From an uncultured Candidatus Saccharibacteria bacterium (GTDB lineage Bacteria > Patescibacteriota > CPR2 > UBA1875 > CAIMLA01), in the NCBI GenBank assembly GCA_964501135.1, contig CAZCRI010000001.1, positions 192,393 to 256,392 of the forward strand: a stretch of 64,000 nt of DNA. Direction: 5' to 3'. The first letter of the stretch is position 1; every line of letters starts with the position of its first letter. The notes beneath the pieces were generated by a model that saw only the letters and a program-made list of their open reading frames with translations, was not told the DNA's origin and searched no databases. Below are positions 1 to 8,154 of this stretch, one piece after another. The translations under genes were made by a program, and so were the position numbers.

Positions 1-1798
1 CATTGCCCACGTTGACCACGGTAAAACTACACTGGTTGATGGTTTCTTAAAACAGACAAAGCTTTTCCGAGAAAATGAAGCTCTTATGAGTCAGTCTCTT
101 ATTATGGACTCTGGGGATCAGGAACACGAACGCGGCATTACAATCACCGCGAAGAATACGGCCGTGGTTTATAACGATATCAAAATCAACATTGTTGATA
201 CACCAGGTCACGCGGACTTTGGTGGCGAAGTAGAGCGAACGCTGAATATGGCCGACGGCGCTATTCTGGTTGTTGACGCTCAGGAAGGCCCAATGCCGCA
301 GACCAAGTTTGTGCTGCGCAAAGCCCTAGAGCTTGGCCTCAAGATGATTGTGGTAATAAACAAGATCGATAAGCGCGATGCTCGTGTAGGTTATGTAATT
401 GATAAGATTCATGATCTTTTTCTCGATATGGCGACCGATATGGACCAGCTCGAATTTCCAATTTACTATGCGATTGCCAAAGAGGGTAAATCTTGGGCCG
501 AAATGCCAAAAGATTTCTCTGAAGATGCAGACCTTTCGCCGATTTTTGAAGCGATTGTAAAATACATTCCTGCTCCAGACGCCGATAAGAACAAACCTTT
601 CCAGATGCTGGTTACTACCCTCGAACGCGATAGCTATCAGGGTAAGTATGCCATCGGTCGTATCACCCGTGGTTTTGCCAAGCCCGGCATGTCCCTCGTT
701 CTTATAGATCGTGATGGCAACCAAGAGAATGTCCGCGCCGAAAAGGTATTTGTGAGCCAAGGTCTCAAGAAAGTAGAAGTCGCTACCGCAGAGCCTGGTG
801 ATATCGTGGCCCTTACCGGTATCAAGAATGCTCATATTGGTGACACACTTGCTGATCCTGCGATGCCAGATGCACTTCCTACCATCGAGATTGAAGAGCC
901 AACTCTTAAGATGTCGATTGCCGTCAACACTTCTCCTTTTGCAGGAAAAGAAGGTAAGTTTGTAACCTCACGACAGATTCTAGACCGTATCAATCGTGAA
1001 CTCGAGACTAATGTTTCACTCAAGATGGAGCTTGGGACCGAGGCTGACTTTATCCTTTCTGGTCGTGGTGAACTTCACCTTTCAGTATTCATCGAGACGC
1101 TACGTCGCGAAGGTTTTGAAATTCAGGTCGGTAAACCTCAGGTTATCATCAAGGAAGTAAATGGCGTCAAGATGGAGCCAGTCGAAGAGCTTACAGTAGA
1201 CGTTGCTACCGAGTATGTCGGTGGAGTTACGGGCGAAGTCGGAAGACGTAAGGGTAATCTGATTCAACAGATCGAGAATGCCGACGGCACCACTCGTCTA
1301 ATGTTCGAGATCTCTACCCGTGGTATCCTGGGTCTCCGCAACCAGTTACTCACTCTTTCGCGCGGAACCGCTATCATGAACTCACTATTCAAAGAATTTA
1401 TCCCCTACACAGGCTCTATCCCTCGACTTCGAAATGGGGTGCTGATTGCCTCTGATACCGGTAAGGCAGTGACTTATGGCTTAAACATTGCCGAGGGTCG
1501 TGGTACTATTTTTGTAGCGCCACAGACCCAGGTATATGCAGGAATGATCATTGGACTTAATACTCGTGCAGAAGACATCGAGATTAATGTTTGTAAGGAG
1601 AAGAAACTTACCAATACTCGTGCCAGTGGTTCAGATGATACCGTTTCTCTGACTCCTGCCACAATCTTCAGTCTCGAGCAGTCACTGGATTTCCTTGAGG
1701 ACGATGAGCTTCTAGAGGTAACTCCAGTAAGTCTACGCCTTCGCAAGAAATTCCTCGATCCAAATGTTCGCAATCGAATGCGTAAACAAAAAGCCTAA
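1..1798 (+). CDS. typA: Translational GTPase TypA/BipA; the 5' end is truncated by the window edge, since the reading frame is open from position 2 with IAHVDHGKTTLVD upstream of the listed ATG
   Basis: G-domain motifs AHVDHGKTT (G1, upstream of the listed start), DTPGHADFGGEVER and NKIDK. Length and domain order match the EF-G-like TypA family. Stop is TAA at 1796-1798. Confidence 0.9.
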   Translation, partial: IAHVDHGKTTLVDGFLKQTKLFRENEALMSQSLIMDSGDQEHERGITITAKNTAVVYNDIKINIVDTPGHADFGGEVERTLNMADGAILVVDAQEGPMPQTKFVLRKALELGLKMIVVINKIDKRDARVGYVIDKIHDLFLDMATDMDQLEFPIYYAIAKEGKSWAEMPKDFSEDADLSPIFEAIVKYIPAPDADKNKPFQMLVTTLERDSYQGKYAIGRITRGFAKPGMSLVLIDRDGNQENVRAEKVFVSQGLKKVEVATAEPGDIVALTGIKNAHIGDTLADPAMPDALPTIEIEEPTLKMSIAVNTSPFAGKEGKFVTSRQILDRINRELETNVSLKMELGTEADFILSGRGELHLSVFIETLRREGFEIQVGKPQVIIKEVNGVKMEPVEELTVDVATEYVGGVTGEVGRRKGNLIQQIENADGTTRLMFEISTRGILGLRNQLLTLSRGTAIMNSLFKEFIPYTGSIPRLRNGVLIASDTGKAVTYGLNIAEGRGTIFVAPQTQVYAGMIIGLNTRAEDIEINVCKEKKLTNTRASGSDDTVSLTPATIFSLEQSLDFLEDDELLEVTPVSLRLRKKFLDPNVRNRMRKQKA

Positions 1799-1802
1799 GT
1801 TA

Positions 1803-1827
1803 AGCCCCCACTCGGGGGCTTTTTATT
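1803..1827 (+). terminator. Rho-independent terminator after typA
   Basis: Hairpin AGCCCCC-actc-GGGGGCT followed by TTTTATT. Confidence 0.7.
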
Positions 1828-1836
1828 ACAAAACAG

Positions 1837-1865
1837 TTGAATAAATGGCTCAACGGCACTATAAT
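1837..1865 (+). promoter_or_regulatory. Sigma70-like promoter, TTGAAT-17nt-TATAAT, driving GC-rich cassette 1
   Basis: TTGAAT at 1837-1842, 17-nt spacer, TATAAT at 1860-1865. The RBS AAGGAG lies 6 nt before the ATG at 1920. Confidence 0.55.
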
Positions 1866-1919
1866 GACCGAGCCAAAAGGAAATCTGCAGCCTATGCTGC
1901 CTGACCCGAAGGAGTACCG

Positions 1920-2204
1920 ATGGGAGTCCCGGTAGTAATGCCGGACGGTGAATCTCAGCAGTGGATGATGTCGACAGCTTGCTTCGACCCCGCTACTGGT
2001 CACCTTCACCTCCGCAGGCTCGACACGGTCTATGTGGAAATAGACTACGAGAAGCAGGTTTCGTTTGCTTGGGTTGACGATGTACTCACCCTCGTCTCGC
2101 CTGCTGAAGGTGCGCGCTCACGCTCGTTAGTGGTTGCTGACCAGGTTCTGGTAGATGGCGATGGCCGCTGGGGTATTTACCCACAAAATCGGCGAAGGAG
2201 GTAG
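1920..2204 (+). CDS. Hypothetical small protein (94 aa) in GC-rich cassette 1
   Basis: ORF with AGGAG RBS. GC content (~58%) is clearly above the neighbours. No recognisable domain. Arg-rich C-terminus. Confidence 0.35.
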   Translation: MGVPVVMPDGESQQWMMSTACFDPATGHLHLRRLDTVYVEIDYEKQVSFAWVDDVLTLVSPAEGARSRSLVVADQVLVDGDGRWGIYPQNRRRR

Positions 2205-2206
2205 CG

Positions 2207-2479
2207 GTGGCTATCTTGACGGGACGTTTTCTCACTATCGTCGCGTTGCACGACGTCCGACGTTGTCAGGTGAAGGAAGCTGTGACGAAGAGCCACAAAG
2301 GCTTGGCGGTGACAGAAGACGGCACCGAAGCGGTTCTGGACCATGAAATGAGGGTCGAGGCCATCGAGACTCCTGACGGGTTGTATCTCTTTGAGCCTCT
2401 TGAGGGTCACGAAGTCGCAGTACTGCCCGGACCCCATGTCCGGGTCCTCCAGTGCGGCTACTGGTATCCCGAGCGCTAG
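2207..2479 (+). CDS. Hypothetical small protein (90 aa), GTG start, in GC-rich cassette 1
   Basis: GGAGG RBS 5 nt before the GTG. Immediately follows the previous ORF. No recognisable domain. Confidence 0.35.
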   Translation: MAILTGRFLTIVALHDVRRCQVKEAVTKSHKGLAVTEDGTEAVLDHEMRVEAIETPDGLYLFEPLEGHEVAVLPGPHVRVLQCGYWYPER

Positions 2480-2509
2480 TCCCTACAAGCTCCACAGTGG
2501 AAGGCAATT

Positions 2510-2537
2510 GCCCCCGCGTGGGGCTTTTGTCGTTTTA
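2510..2537 (+). terminator. Rho-independent terminator closing cassette 1
   Basis: GCCCC-cgcgt-GGGGC followed by TTTTGTCGTTTT. Confidence 0.6.
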
Positions 2538-2585
2538 TTGGCTGTCCCATGGGTGTAAAATATAGCTATAAATAGGAGAAAGACC

Positions 2586-3119
2586 ATGGCAACAAATACT
2601 CATCCAATTATGCGAGACTTGATGTCTCATGTTTTGCAGGTTCTCTATATGCTATTTCTCGGAATTGTCATCGCGGCTCTTTTTGGGCTTGGAGTGGATA
2701 ATTTCTATCCTGCTCCAAAGGCTCCGGAATATCCCACTCTGCTGCAAGAGCAACAATACAAAACAGTGCCAACAACTACTCAGACCGATGCAGAGCTGGC
2801 AGCCCAGAAAAAGTTTGACGCTGATCAGAAACAATACACAGAGAAGTTGAAACCATATACCAGAAACGTTTCTATTGTAATCATGATTCTTGCCGTCCTG
2901 GCCCTCGTGGTATCACTCACTGTATTGTCGCATTGGGAGATTCTAGCCAACGGGTTTCTTCTTGGTGGCGTTTTCTCGATGGCATATAGTATTATTCAGG
3001 GCATGATATCTGAAGACACTAAGTTTCGTTTCTTGGTAATCTGTGTCGCGGCATTGGTTACTCTGGTACTTGGGTACATTAAGTTTATTCGCCCAAATGA
3101 GAAAAGTGTTAAATCTTAA
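2586..3119 (+). CDS. Hypothetical integral membrane protein (about 4 TM helices)
   Basis: Hydrophobic segments LGIVIAALFGLGV, IVIMILAVLALVVSLTVL, GFLLGGVFSMAYSII and FLVICVAALVTLVLGYI. RBS AGGAGAAAGACC precedes the ATG. Confidence 0.5.
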   Translation: MATNTHPIMRDLMSHVLQVLYMLFLGIVIAALFGLGVDNFYPAPKAPEYPTLLQEQQYKTVPTTTQTDAELAAQKKFDADQKQYTEKLKPYTRNVSIVIMILAVLALVVSLTVLSHWEILANGFLLGGVFSMAYSIIQGMISEDTKFRFLVICVAALVTLVLGYIKFIRPNEKSVKS

Positions 3120-3300
3120 AGTATTTTGGGTTGTAAATCGGAGTATTAATGGTCATAGATATCGAACTAACATTAAATAGATTTGGTTTTGGTAGGATCG
3201 CAAAGAATAAGTTTCAACTTGCTTGGTTGCGATTTTCAAAGTGGGAAATACCTGGCAAGCACTCCATCTCTTTTGAGATAAACTGGAAAGAGAAACAGAA

Positions 3301-3663
3301 ATGAATGTAGAAAAGGTTATTGAAAAGCTGAAATCAGAATATCCGGGGAAGAACATAGTTCAGAATTTCCCCGAGAACCCCACAGAGATTGTTTGCGAAA
3401 TAGAGCCAGAAAAGGGTGTTGCAGTCGCCGTTATTGACCGTTCCGAGCCACATCATCACACCAAAACGACCGAGAGCTACCGAGTGATTTCTGGCATGTT
3501 GACTCTCTATATCGATGGTAGCGAAAAAGAACTTGAAAAAGGTGACGAATTCGAGGTTTACCCTGGCGAGGTTCATTTTGCGATTGGTGATGAAACCTGG
3601 GTCGAAGTGACATCAACCCCGCCTTGGACGGCAGACGATCACAATCTTGAAGGAGTCCAATAA
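3301..3663 (+). CDS. Cupin-domain protein
   Basis: Two cupin motifs: HHHTKTTESYRVISGMLT..., then GDEFEVYPGEVHF. Size 120 aa. Confidence 0.55.
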   Translation: MNVEKVIEKLKSEYPGKNIVQNFPENPTEIVCEIEPEKGVAVAVIDRSEPHHHTKTTESYRVISGMLTLYIDGSEKELEKGDEFEVYPGEVHFAIGDETWVEVTSTPPWTADDHNLEGVQ

Positions 3664-4116
3664 ATGCCGATTATAAAATATGAAAACCTTGGGGACATCA
3701 AGACTTCTGCAACTTTTGTCATCGGTACTTTTGACATTCTCCATGTTGGGCATCTACATTTTTTGGAGGAAGCCAAGAAGGCAGGGAACGATAACAAGCT
3801 TCTCGTTGGAATAATCTCGGATAAATTGGTGCGAGAACGCAAGGGTGATGGGCGTCCAGTAAATCATGCCGAGGATCGCGCCGAGATGGTAGACGCGCTG
3901 GGGGTTGTGGATTATGTCTTTGTCGCACCAGAAATACCGATAGGAGAAATTGCAGCAGAAGTAATTAAAGCTGTGCATCCAGAGTTTGCAGTAGCAAGCC
4001 GAGAAGACTGGGAAAATCGCACCGAAGATTGGCATGCCGAAGGTACGAAGCTAGTGCTGATTGATAAAATACCCGATCGTTCGACTACAAAAATTGTTCA
4101 AAAAATAAGGGGATAA
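3664..4116 (+). CDS. Cytidylyltransferase-family nucleotidyltransferase (TagD / HldE-C / RibL-like, HxGH motif)
   Basis: GTFDILHVGHLHFLEEAK matches the (T/H)xGH nucleotidyltransferase signature. The ISDKLVRERKG...PVNHAEDRAEMV region resembles glycerol-3-phosphate cytidylyltransferase. The start overlaps the stop of the cupin gene (TAAATG). Confidence 0.65.
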   Translation: MPIIKYENLGDIKTSATFVIGTFDILHVGHLHFLEEAKKAGNDNKLLVGIISDKLVRERKGDGRPVNHAEDRAEMVDALGVVDYVFVAPEIPIGEIAAEVIKAVHPEFAVASREDWENRTEDWHAEGTKLVLIDKIPDRSTTKIVQKIRG

Positions 4117-4117
4117 G

Positions 4118-4672
4118 ATGGCTCTACTGGATGTACTGGACGAAGCGGGAATACCCACCGGTGACACTAAAACCAAGGCTGAAATTCATGAACAGGGGTT
4201 GTGGCATCGCTCCTCTCATGTTTGGGTTTACGATTCTACTGGAAATATTCTTTTGCAACTCCGCGCGAAAAATAAAGATAGCAGCCCAGGTCTTTGGGAT
4301 ATATCTGCAGCTGGCCATGTAGATGCCGGTGAAACCCCTGAATTTGCCGCTGTGAGGGAGGTAGAAGAGGAGATCGGACTTTCTACCACCGAAGATAATC
4401 TGAAAAAGGTCTGGGAAAGACGAGAGTCTACATTTGACCCGGCTAATGGCTGGACAAACAATCAGATTAGCTGCGAATATATTCTTCTTTATGACGGTAA
4501 GCATGAAGAGCTGGTTTATCAGGAGGAAGAAATTGACGAACTTCGCTGGCTTACCATCGAGGAACTTAAAAACGAATTCGCAGACCCTAGGACATTTAGT
4601 TTCTACGTTGATCATGGGGATGGTTATTATGAGAGAATTATTTCCGAGATTCAGAAAGCGCTCTGTAGATGA
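4118..4672 (+). CDS. NUDIX hydrolase
   Basis: Nudix box GHVDAGETPEFAAVREVEEEIGL. Confidence 0.7.
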   Translation: MALLDVLDEAGIPTGDTKTKAEIHEQGLWHRSSHVWVYDSTGNILLQLRAKNKDSSPGLWDISAAGHVDAGETPEFAAVREVEEEIGLSTTEDNLKKVWERRESTFDPANGWTNNQISCEYILLYDGKHEELVYQEEEIDELRWLTIEELKNEFADPRTFSFYVDHGDGYYERIISEIQKALCR

Positions 4673-5466
4673 ACTACTCTGAGGTAATGAAGAGGTTAGA
4701 ATCTCTGGCTAGCCACGACCCCGCCGATCTCGCGGGGATGGCTCGGTTTGGAATAAATGTTGATAAGGCTTGGGTGATTAGCATCCCGAAGTTGAGGAAT
4801 TTGGCAAAGGAAATAAAGCGCTCTGTCATTTCGACCGAAATGGAGAAATCTGCTCCGGGAAAAGCAGGAAGATCTCTCGGCTACGCTCGAGATGACAATG
4901 GTGGTGCGAAAAAACTTCACAACCTCGCGTTACAGGTCTGGGCAAGTGGCGTCCATGAAGCAAGAATTCTAGCTGGATTTATCGACGACTCAAGTGAGGT
5001 TACTGAAAAACAGATGGAAAGCTGGGTTTCGGAGTTTGATTCTTGGGATGTAACCGACATGATCTGTGGCAACCTCTTTGATCGTACGGAATTTGCAGTA
5101 AAGAAAGCCATAGAGTGGTCTGCTCGCGAAGAAGAATTCGTTAAGAGGGCTGGTTTCGTGTTAATGGCTGGTCTTGCCGTGCATGACAAGACAATGTCTG
5201 ACGCACAATTTGTTCAATTTCTAGAGATAATCAAACGTGAGTCAGGGGATAAGCGCAACTTTGTGCGTAAGGCTATAAATTGGGCCTTGCGGGCAATTGG
5301 CAAGAGTCGCAACAAATATTTATATCTACAAGCAAAGGTGATGGCACAGGAAATTTTGGATTCGATTGGTAACAGCAAAGATGAATCTGCACGGGCTGCT
5401 CGTTTTATTGCTGGTGATGCCCTCCGAGAATTAGAAAAAGAATACATTCAAAAGCGATTTTGCTAG
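4669..5466 (+). CDS. DNA alkylation repair enzyme (AlkD/AlkC-like HEAT-repeat glycosylase family)
   Basis: Helical-repeat protein with ...ARFGINVDKAWVISIPKLRNLAKE...WASGVHEARILAGFI...RAGFVLMAGLAV...RKAINWALRAIGK, a pattern typical of PF08713-type DNA alkylation repair proteins. The start overlaps the NUDIX stop (ATGA). Confidence 0.5.
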   Translation: MNYSEVMKRLESLASHDPADLAGMARFGINVDKAWVISIPKLRNLAKEIKRSVISTEMEKSAPGKAGRSLGYARDDNGGAKKLHNLALQVWASGVHEARILAGFIDDSSEVTEKQMESWVSEFDSWDVTDMICGNLFDRTEFAVKKAIEWSAREEEFVKRAGFVLMAGLAVHDKTMSDAQFVQFLEIIKRESGDKRNFVRKAINWALRAIGKSRNKYLYLQAKVMAQEILDSIGNSKDESARAARFIAGDALRELEKEYIQKRFC

Positions 5467-5487
5467 AATCATTTATATAAAAAGCAG

Positions 5488-5531
5488 AAAGGGAGACGCG
5501 CTCCTCACCTTTCTGGTGATGCAAGTCTCCC
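5488..5531 (-). terminator. Compound GC-rich hairpin, downstream of the minus-strand cassette-2 ORF and also at the 3' end of the AlkD-like gene
   Basis: GGGAGAC...GTCTCCC outer stem with TCACC-tttct-GGTGA inner stem. On the minus strand it is followed by a T-rich run. Confidence 0.5.
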
Positions 5532-5945
5532 TTACCAGGATCTGGGCCTGTAGCTGTCACGAGACATCCCTCGTGTAGCTTGGTTTGCGGCAGCGAAAGA
5601 GGTGTTGATACGCCTGGTGTGATTGTGCGTTTCTAGTTCTCTTTCGGCGCGCCACGAGGCGCGTGCTTTGGCAAACCTGTCCTGTTCGACGTAGGACTCT
5701 AGCTCGTTCCGAACCTTGTCGTTCATCATCTGGCGCAGGTTCAGAGTGACCGTGTAGCGGGTACCATTGCGACTGAGCGGCGGATTGAGCCACTTACTCT
5801 TGTCGCTCAAAGAGCGCAAGATAGGATCTGGCAGACCCGCGTTATTCTTCTGTACCAGCCCTTTTGAGCTGTGGAACAGAAGGCAGAGCGCCAGAGCCAA
5901 GCGAAGCTCATGGTTTTCGACGTGTCTTATTATCTCTGGTACCAT
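5532..5945 (-). CDS. Hypothetical protein (137 aa) in GC-rich cassette 2
   Basis: Minus-strand ORF with AGGAG RBS (gagaggagctcgagATG) and its own promoter. GC content is raised. No recognisable domain. Confidence 0.4.
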   Translation of the reverse strand: MVPEIIRHVENHELRLALALCLLFHSSKGLVQKNNAGLPDPILRSLSDKSKWLNPPLSRNGTRYTVTLNLRQMMNDKVRNELESYVEQDRFAKARASWRAERELETHNHTRRINTSFAAANQATRGMSRDSYRPRSW

Positions 5946-5987
5946 CTCGAGCTCCTCTCGAAGTAGTGTGGATTAGGATGTGCGTGG

Positions 5988-6016
5988 ATTTTAGCACAGA
6001 ATTACAGATTTATCAA
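5988..6016 (-). promoter_or_regulatory. Minus-strand sigma70-like promoter, TTGATA-17nt-TAAAAT, for cassette 2
   Basis: Reverse complement of 5986-6016 reads TTGATAaatctgtaattctgtgcTAAAAT. -35 at 6011-6016, -10 at 5988-5993. Confidence 0.5.
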
Positions 6017-6051
6017 TCAGGGAGTTGTTGTCGATTTGCCGCAAAAAAGAT

Positions 6052-6080
6052 TTGACGTCAATTCCAACGGGGGCTAAAAT
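6052..6080 (+). promoter_or_regulatory. Sigma70-like promoter, TTGACG-17nt-TAAAAT, upstream of pyrG
   Basis: TTGACG at 6052-6057, TAAAAT at 6075-6080. RBS GAAGGGGG precedes the GTG start at 6143. Confidence 0.5.
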
Positions 6081-6142
6081 AATTGTAGTAAATGAGGTGG
6101 CGGTCCCAATATTTGGGACTTTTTAAGAGATAGAAGGGGGTC

Positions 6143-7750
6143 GTGTTGGGTAAAGATACCAAATACATTTTTGTTACTGGTGGTGTAATCTCGGGTCTCG
6201 GCAAGGGGATATTTGGAGCCTCTATTGGCAACATCCTCAAAAGTCGGGGCTTTTCTGTAAATATGCAAAAATGTGATCCGTATCTAAATGTTGATGCTGG
6301 AACCCTAAATCCTGGGGAGCACGGTGAGGTGTTCGTTACCGACGATGGCGCCGAAACCGATTTAGATTTGGGCCACTATGAACGTTTTATCGATACTCCA
6401 ATGACGAAACTTTCTTCTGTGATGACAGGGAAGATTTATACTCAGGTTCTTGAGGATGAGCGTAAGGGTAAGTACCTTGGCAAGACTGTACAGGTGATTC
6501 CGCATATTACCAATAAGATTCAGGACAACATCATAAATGCCGCTGGCGACTTTGATATTCACATCGTGGAGATCGGTGGTACCGTAGGTGACTATGAGGG
6601 ACTTCATTTTATTGAGGCTATCCGTCAAATGCGTCGCAAGGTTGGCCGGGAGAATGTCCTCTATGCGCACCTTGTTTACTTACCTTTTATTGAGGCTTCG
6701 AAGGAGCTCAAGACCAAGCCAGCACAGAACAGTGTTCGTGATCTTCTGCAGCTTGGAATTCACGCAAACATTGTAGCTTGCCGTGCCGATCATGCTATCG
6801 AGCAGGAACACCTAGCAAAAATTGCGCTCTATGCAGATGTGGACGAGAAGGCAGTAGTTCCGTTACCTACCATCAATAGTGTCTATAAGGTACCACGCAA
6901 TTTAGAGAAGGTCGGACTAGGAGATTATATCTGCGAGCAGCTGAATCTTCCAATCCGTAAACCTCAGGAAAATGGCTTGGTCAAGTACCTATTAGATCTG
7001 GAAAAGTCGGACAAGGAAGTTCGAATTGGTTTAATCGCCAAGTATATGTCAAACGAAGATACCTATAAGAGCGTCAACGAGGCTATCCAGGCAGCAACAG
7101 TAAACAATGGCGCTTGTGCTAAAATCGTTTGGGTCGATGCCGAGAAGATTGAGAAACAGGGCGTCGATATTCTAAAGGATCTCGATGGCATCGTTGTTCC
7201 GGGTGGTTTTGGAAATCGTGGAACCCTCGGTAAAGTTTTGGCAGCACAATACGCACGTGAGAACAATGTGCCTTATCTTGGGCTCTGCCTCGGTATGCAG
7301 ATTGCTACCATTGAATTTGCACGTAACGTTCTCGGCTGGAAAGATGCCGACAGTGAAGAATTCCGTCCAGAGGGCAAGTGTAATGTGATTCACATCATGC
7401 CAGAGCAAAAGGCAATTATGGACAAGGACGACTATGGTGCTACCATGCGACTCGGTGCCTACCCGTGTGTGCTTGATAAGAAATCACGTTCGTTCAAGCT
7501 TTATGGTGAAGAGAAGATTAGCGAGCGACATCGTCATCGCTTTGAGTTTAATAACGATCACAGGGAAGAGTTTACGGCTGCAGGACTGCTGTTTGCTGGA
7601 CTCTCACCGAATCATCACCTGGTGGAGATTGTGGAAATCCCAGAACATAAATTCTATGTTGGGGTGCAATTCCATCCAGAGTTCAAGAGTCGTCCAGGGA
7701 AGCCACATCCACTATTTGATGGTTTTGTAAAAGCGATTTTAGAAAAGTAA
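6143..7750 (+). CDS. pyrG: CTP synthase (GTG start)
   Basis: N-terminal synthetase domain YIFVTGGVISGLGKG. C-terminal glutamine amidotransferase domain GLCLGMQ plus the FHPEF motif. Length 535 aa. Confidence 0.95.
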   Translation: MLGKDTKYIFVTGGVISGLGKGIFGASIGNILKSRGFSVNMQKCDPYLNVDAGTLNPGEHGEVFVTDDGAETDLDLGHYERFIDTPMTKLSSVMTGKIYTQVLEDERKGKYLGKTVQVIPHITNKIQDNIINAAGDFDIHIVEIGGTVGDYEGLHFIEAIRQMRRKVGRENVLYAHLVYLPFIEASKELKTKPAQNSVRDLLQLGIHANIVACRADHAIEQEHLAKIALYADVDEKAVVPLPTINSVYKVPRNLEKVGLGDYICEQLNLPIRKPQENGLVKYLLDLEKSDKEVRIGLIAKYMSNEDTYKSVNEAIQAATVNNGACAKIVWVDAEKIEKQGVDILKDLDGIVVPGGFGNRGTLGKVLAAQYARENNVPYLGLCLGMQIATIEFARNVLGWKDADSEEFRPEGKCNVIHIMPEQKAIMDKDDYGATMRLGAYPCVLDKKSRSFKLYGEEKISERHRHRFEFNNDHREEFTAAGLLFAGLSPNHHLVEIVEIPEHKFYVGVQFHPEFKSRPGKPHPLFDGFVKAILEK

Positions 7751-7761
7751 TATTTCCACAA

Positions 7762-7787
7762 GAACCTCTTCGGAGGTTCTTTTTTTA
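7762..7787 (+). terminator. Rho-independent terminator after pyrG
   Basis: GAACCTC-ttcg-GAGGTTC followed by TTTTTTT. Confidence 0.8.
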
Positions 7788-7860
7788 TTGACACTATAAA
7801 TATCCAGCGGGTGTATAATATGAGTAGGTCGACAAGTAGTGAAAACTATAGGGGGATGTT

Positions 7861-8040
7861 ATGACAAAGAACTTTTTGTTAGTTCTCGGGGTGCTCATAC
7901 TTCTCATGGGCGTTTGGGGCCTGCTAGCTGCATATTCTACAGATCTAGCTTTTGGTCTACCTGTTGACCCATGGTGGCATGCACTCGTAAAGGTCGTTCT
8001 GGGTGGCGCTGCAACATATGTAGCCTATACAGAAAAATAA
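7861..8040 (+). CDS. Small membrane protein (59 aa, 2 TM)
   Basis: ATG preceded by AGGGGG. MTKNFLLVLGVLILLMGVWGLLAAY...VVLGGAATYVAYTEK. Below the 60-aa cutoff of the supplied ORF track. Followed by a terminator. Confidence 0.35.
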   Translation: MTKNFLLVLGVLILLMGVWGLLAAYSTDLAFGLPVDPWWHALVKVVLGGAATYVAYTEK

Positions 8041-8062
8041 TCTCTAGTTGATCTGTCTTGAT

Positions 8063-8090
8063 AGGAAGGGCAATATAGCCCTTCCTTTTG
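8063..8090 (+). terminator. Rho-independent terminator
   Basis: AGGAAGGGC-aatata-GCCCTTCCT followed by TTT. Confidence 0.65.
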
Positions 8091-8154
8091 TATGGTATGA
8101 AAAGTATGTATTGACATACTTGATGCTTTTTGAGAAAATATATTAGCAAAAATA

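Noticed and set aside
326-1023. Minus-strand ORFs (169, 62 and 63 aa) inside typA
   Set aside because: They lie entirely antisense to a well-supported conserved gene. They have no RBS and no domain signal, so they are typical antisense artefacts.
3719-4035. Minus-strand ORFs (69 and 93 aa) inside the cytidylyltransferase gene
   Set aside because: Antisense to a gene with a clear HxGH motif. No RBS.
7789-7820. TTGACA...TATAAT upstream of the 59-aa membrane ORF as a promoter
   Set aside because: The spacer is 20 nt, too long for a canonical sigma70 promoter. It may still work with a different -35, but it is not annotated.
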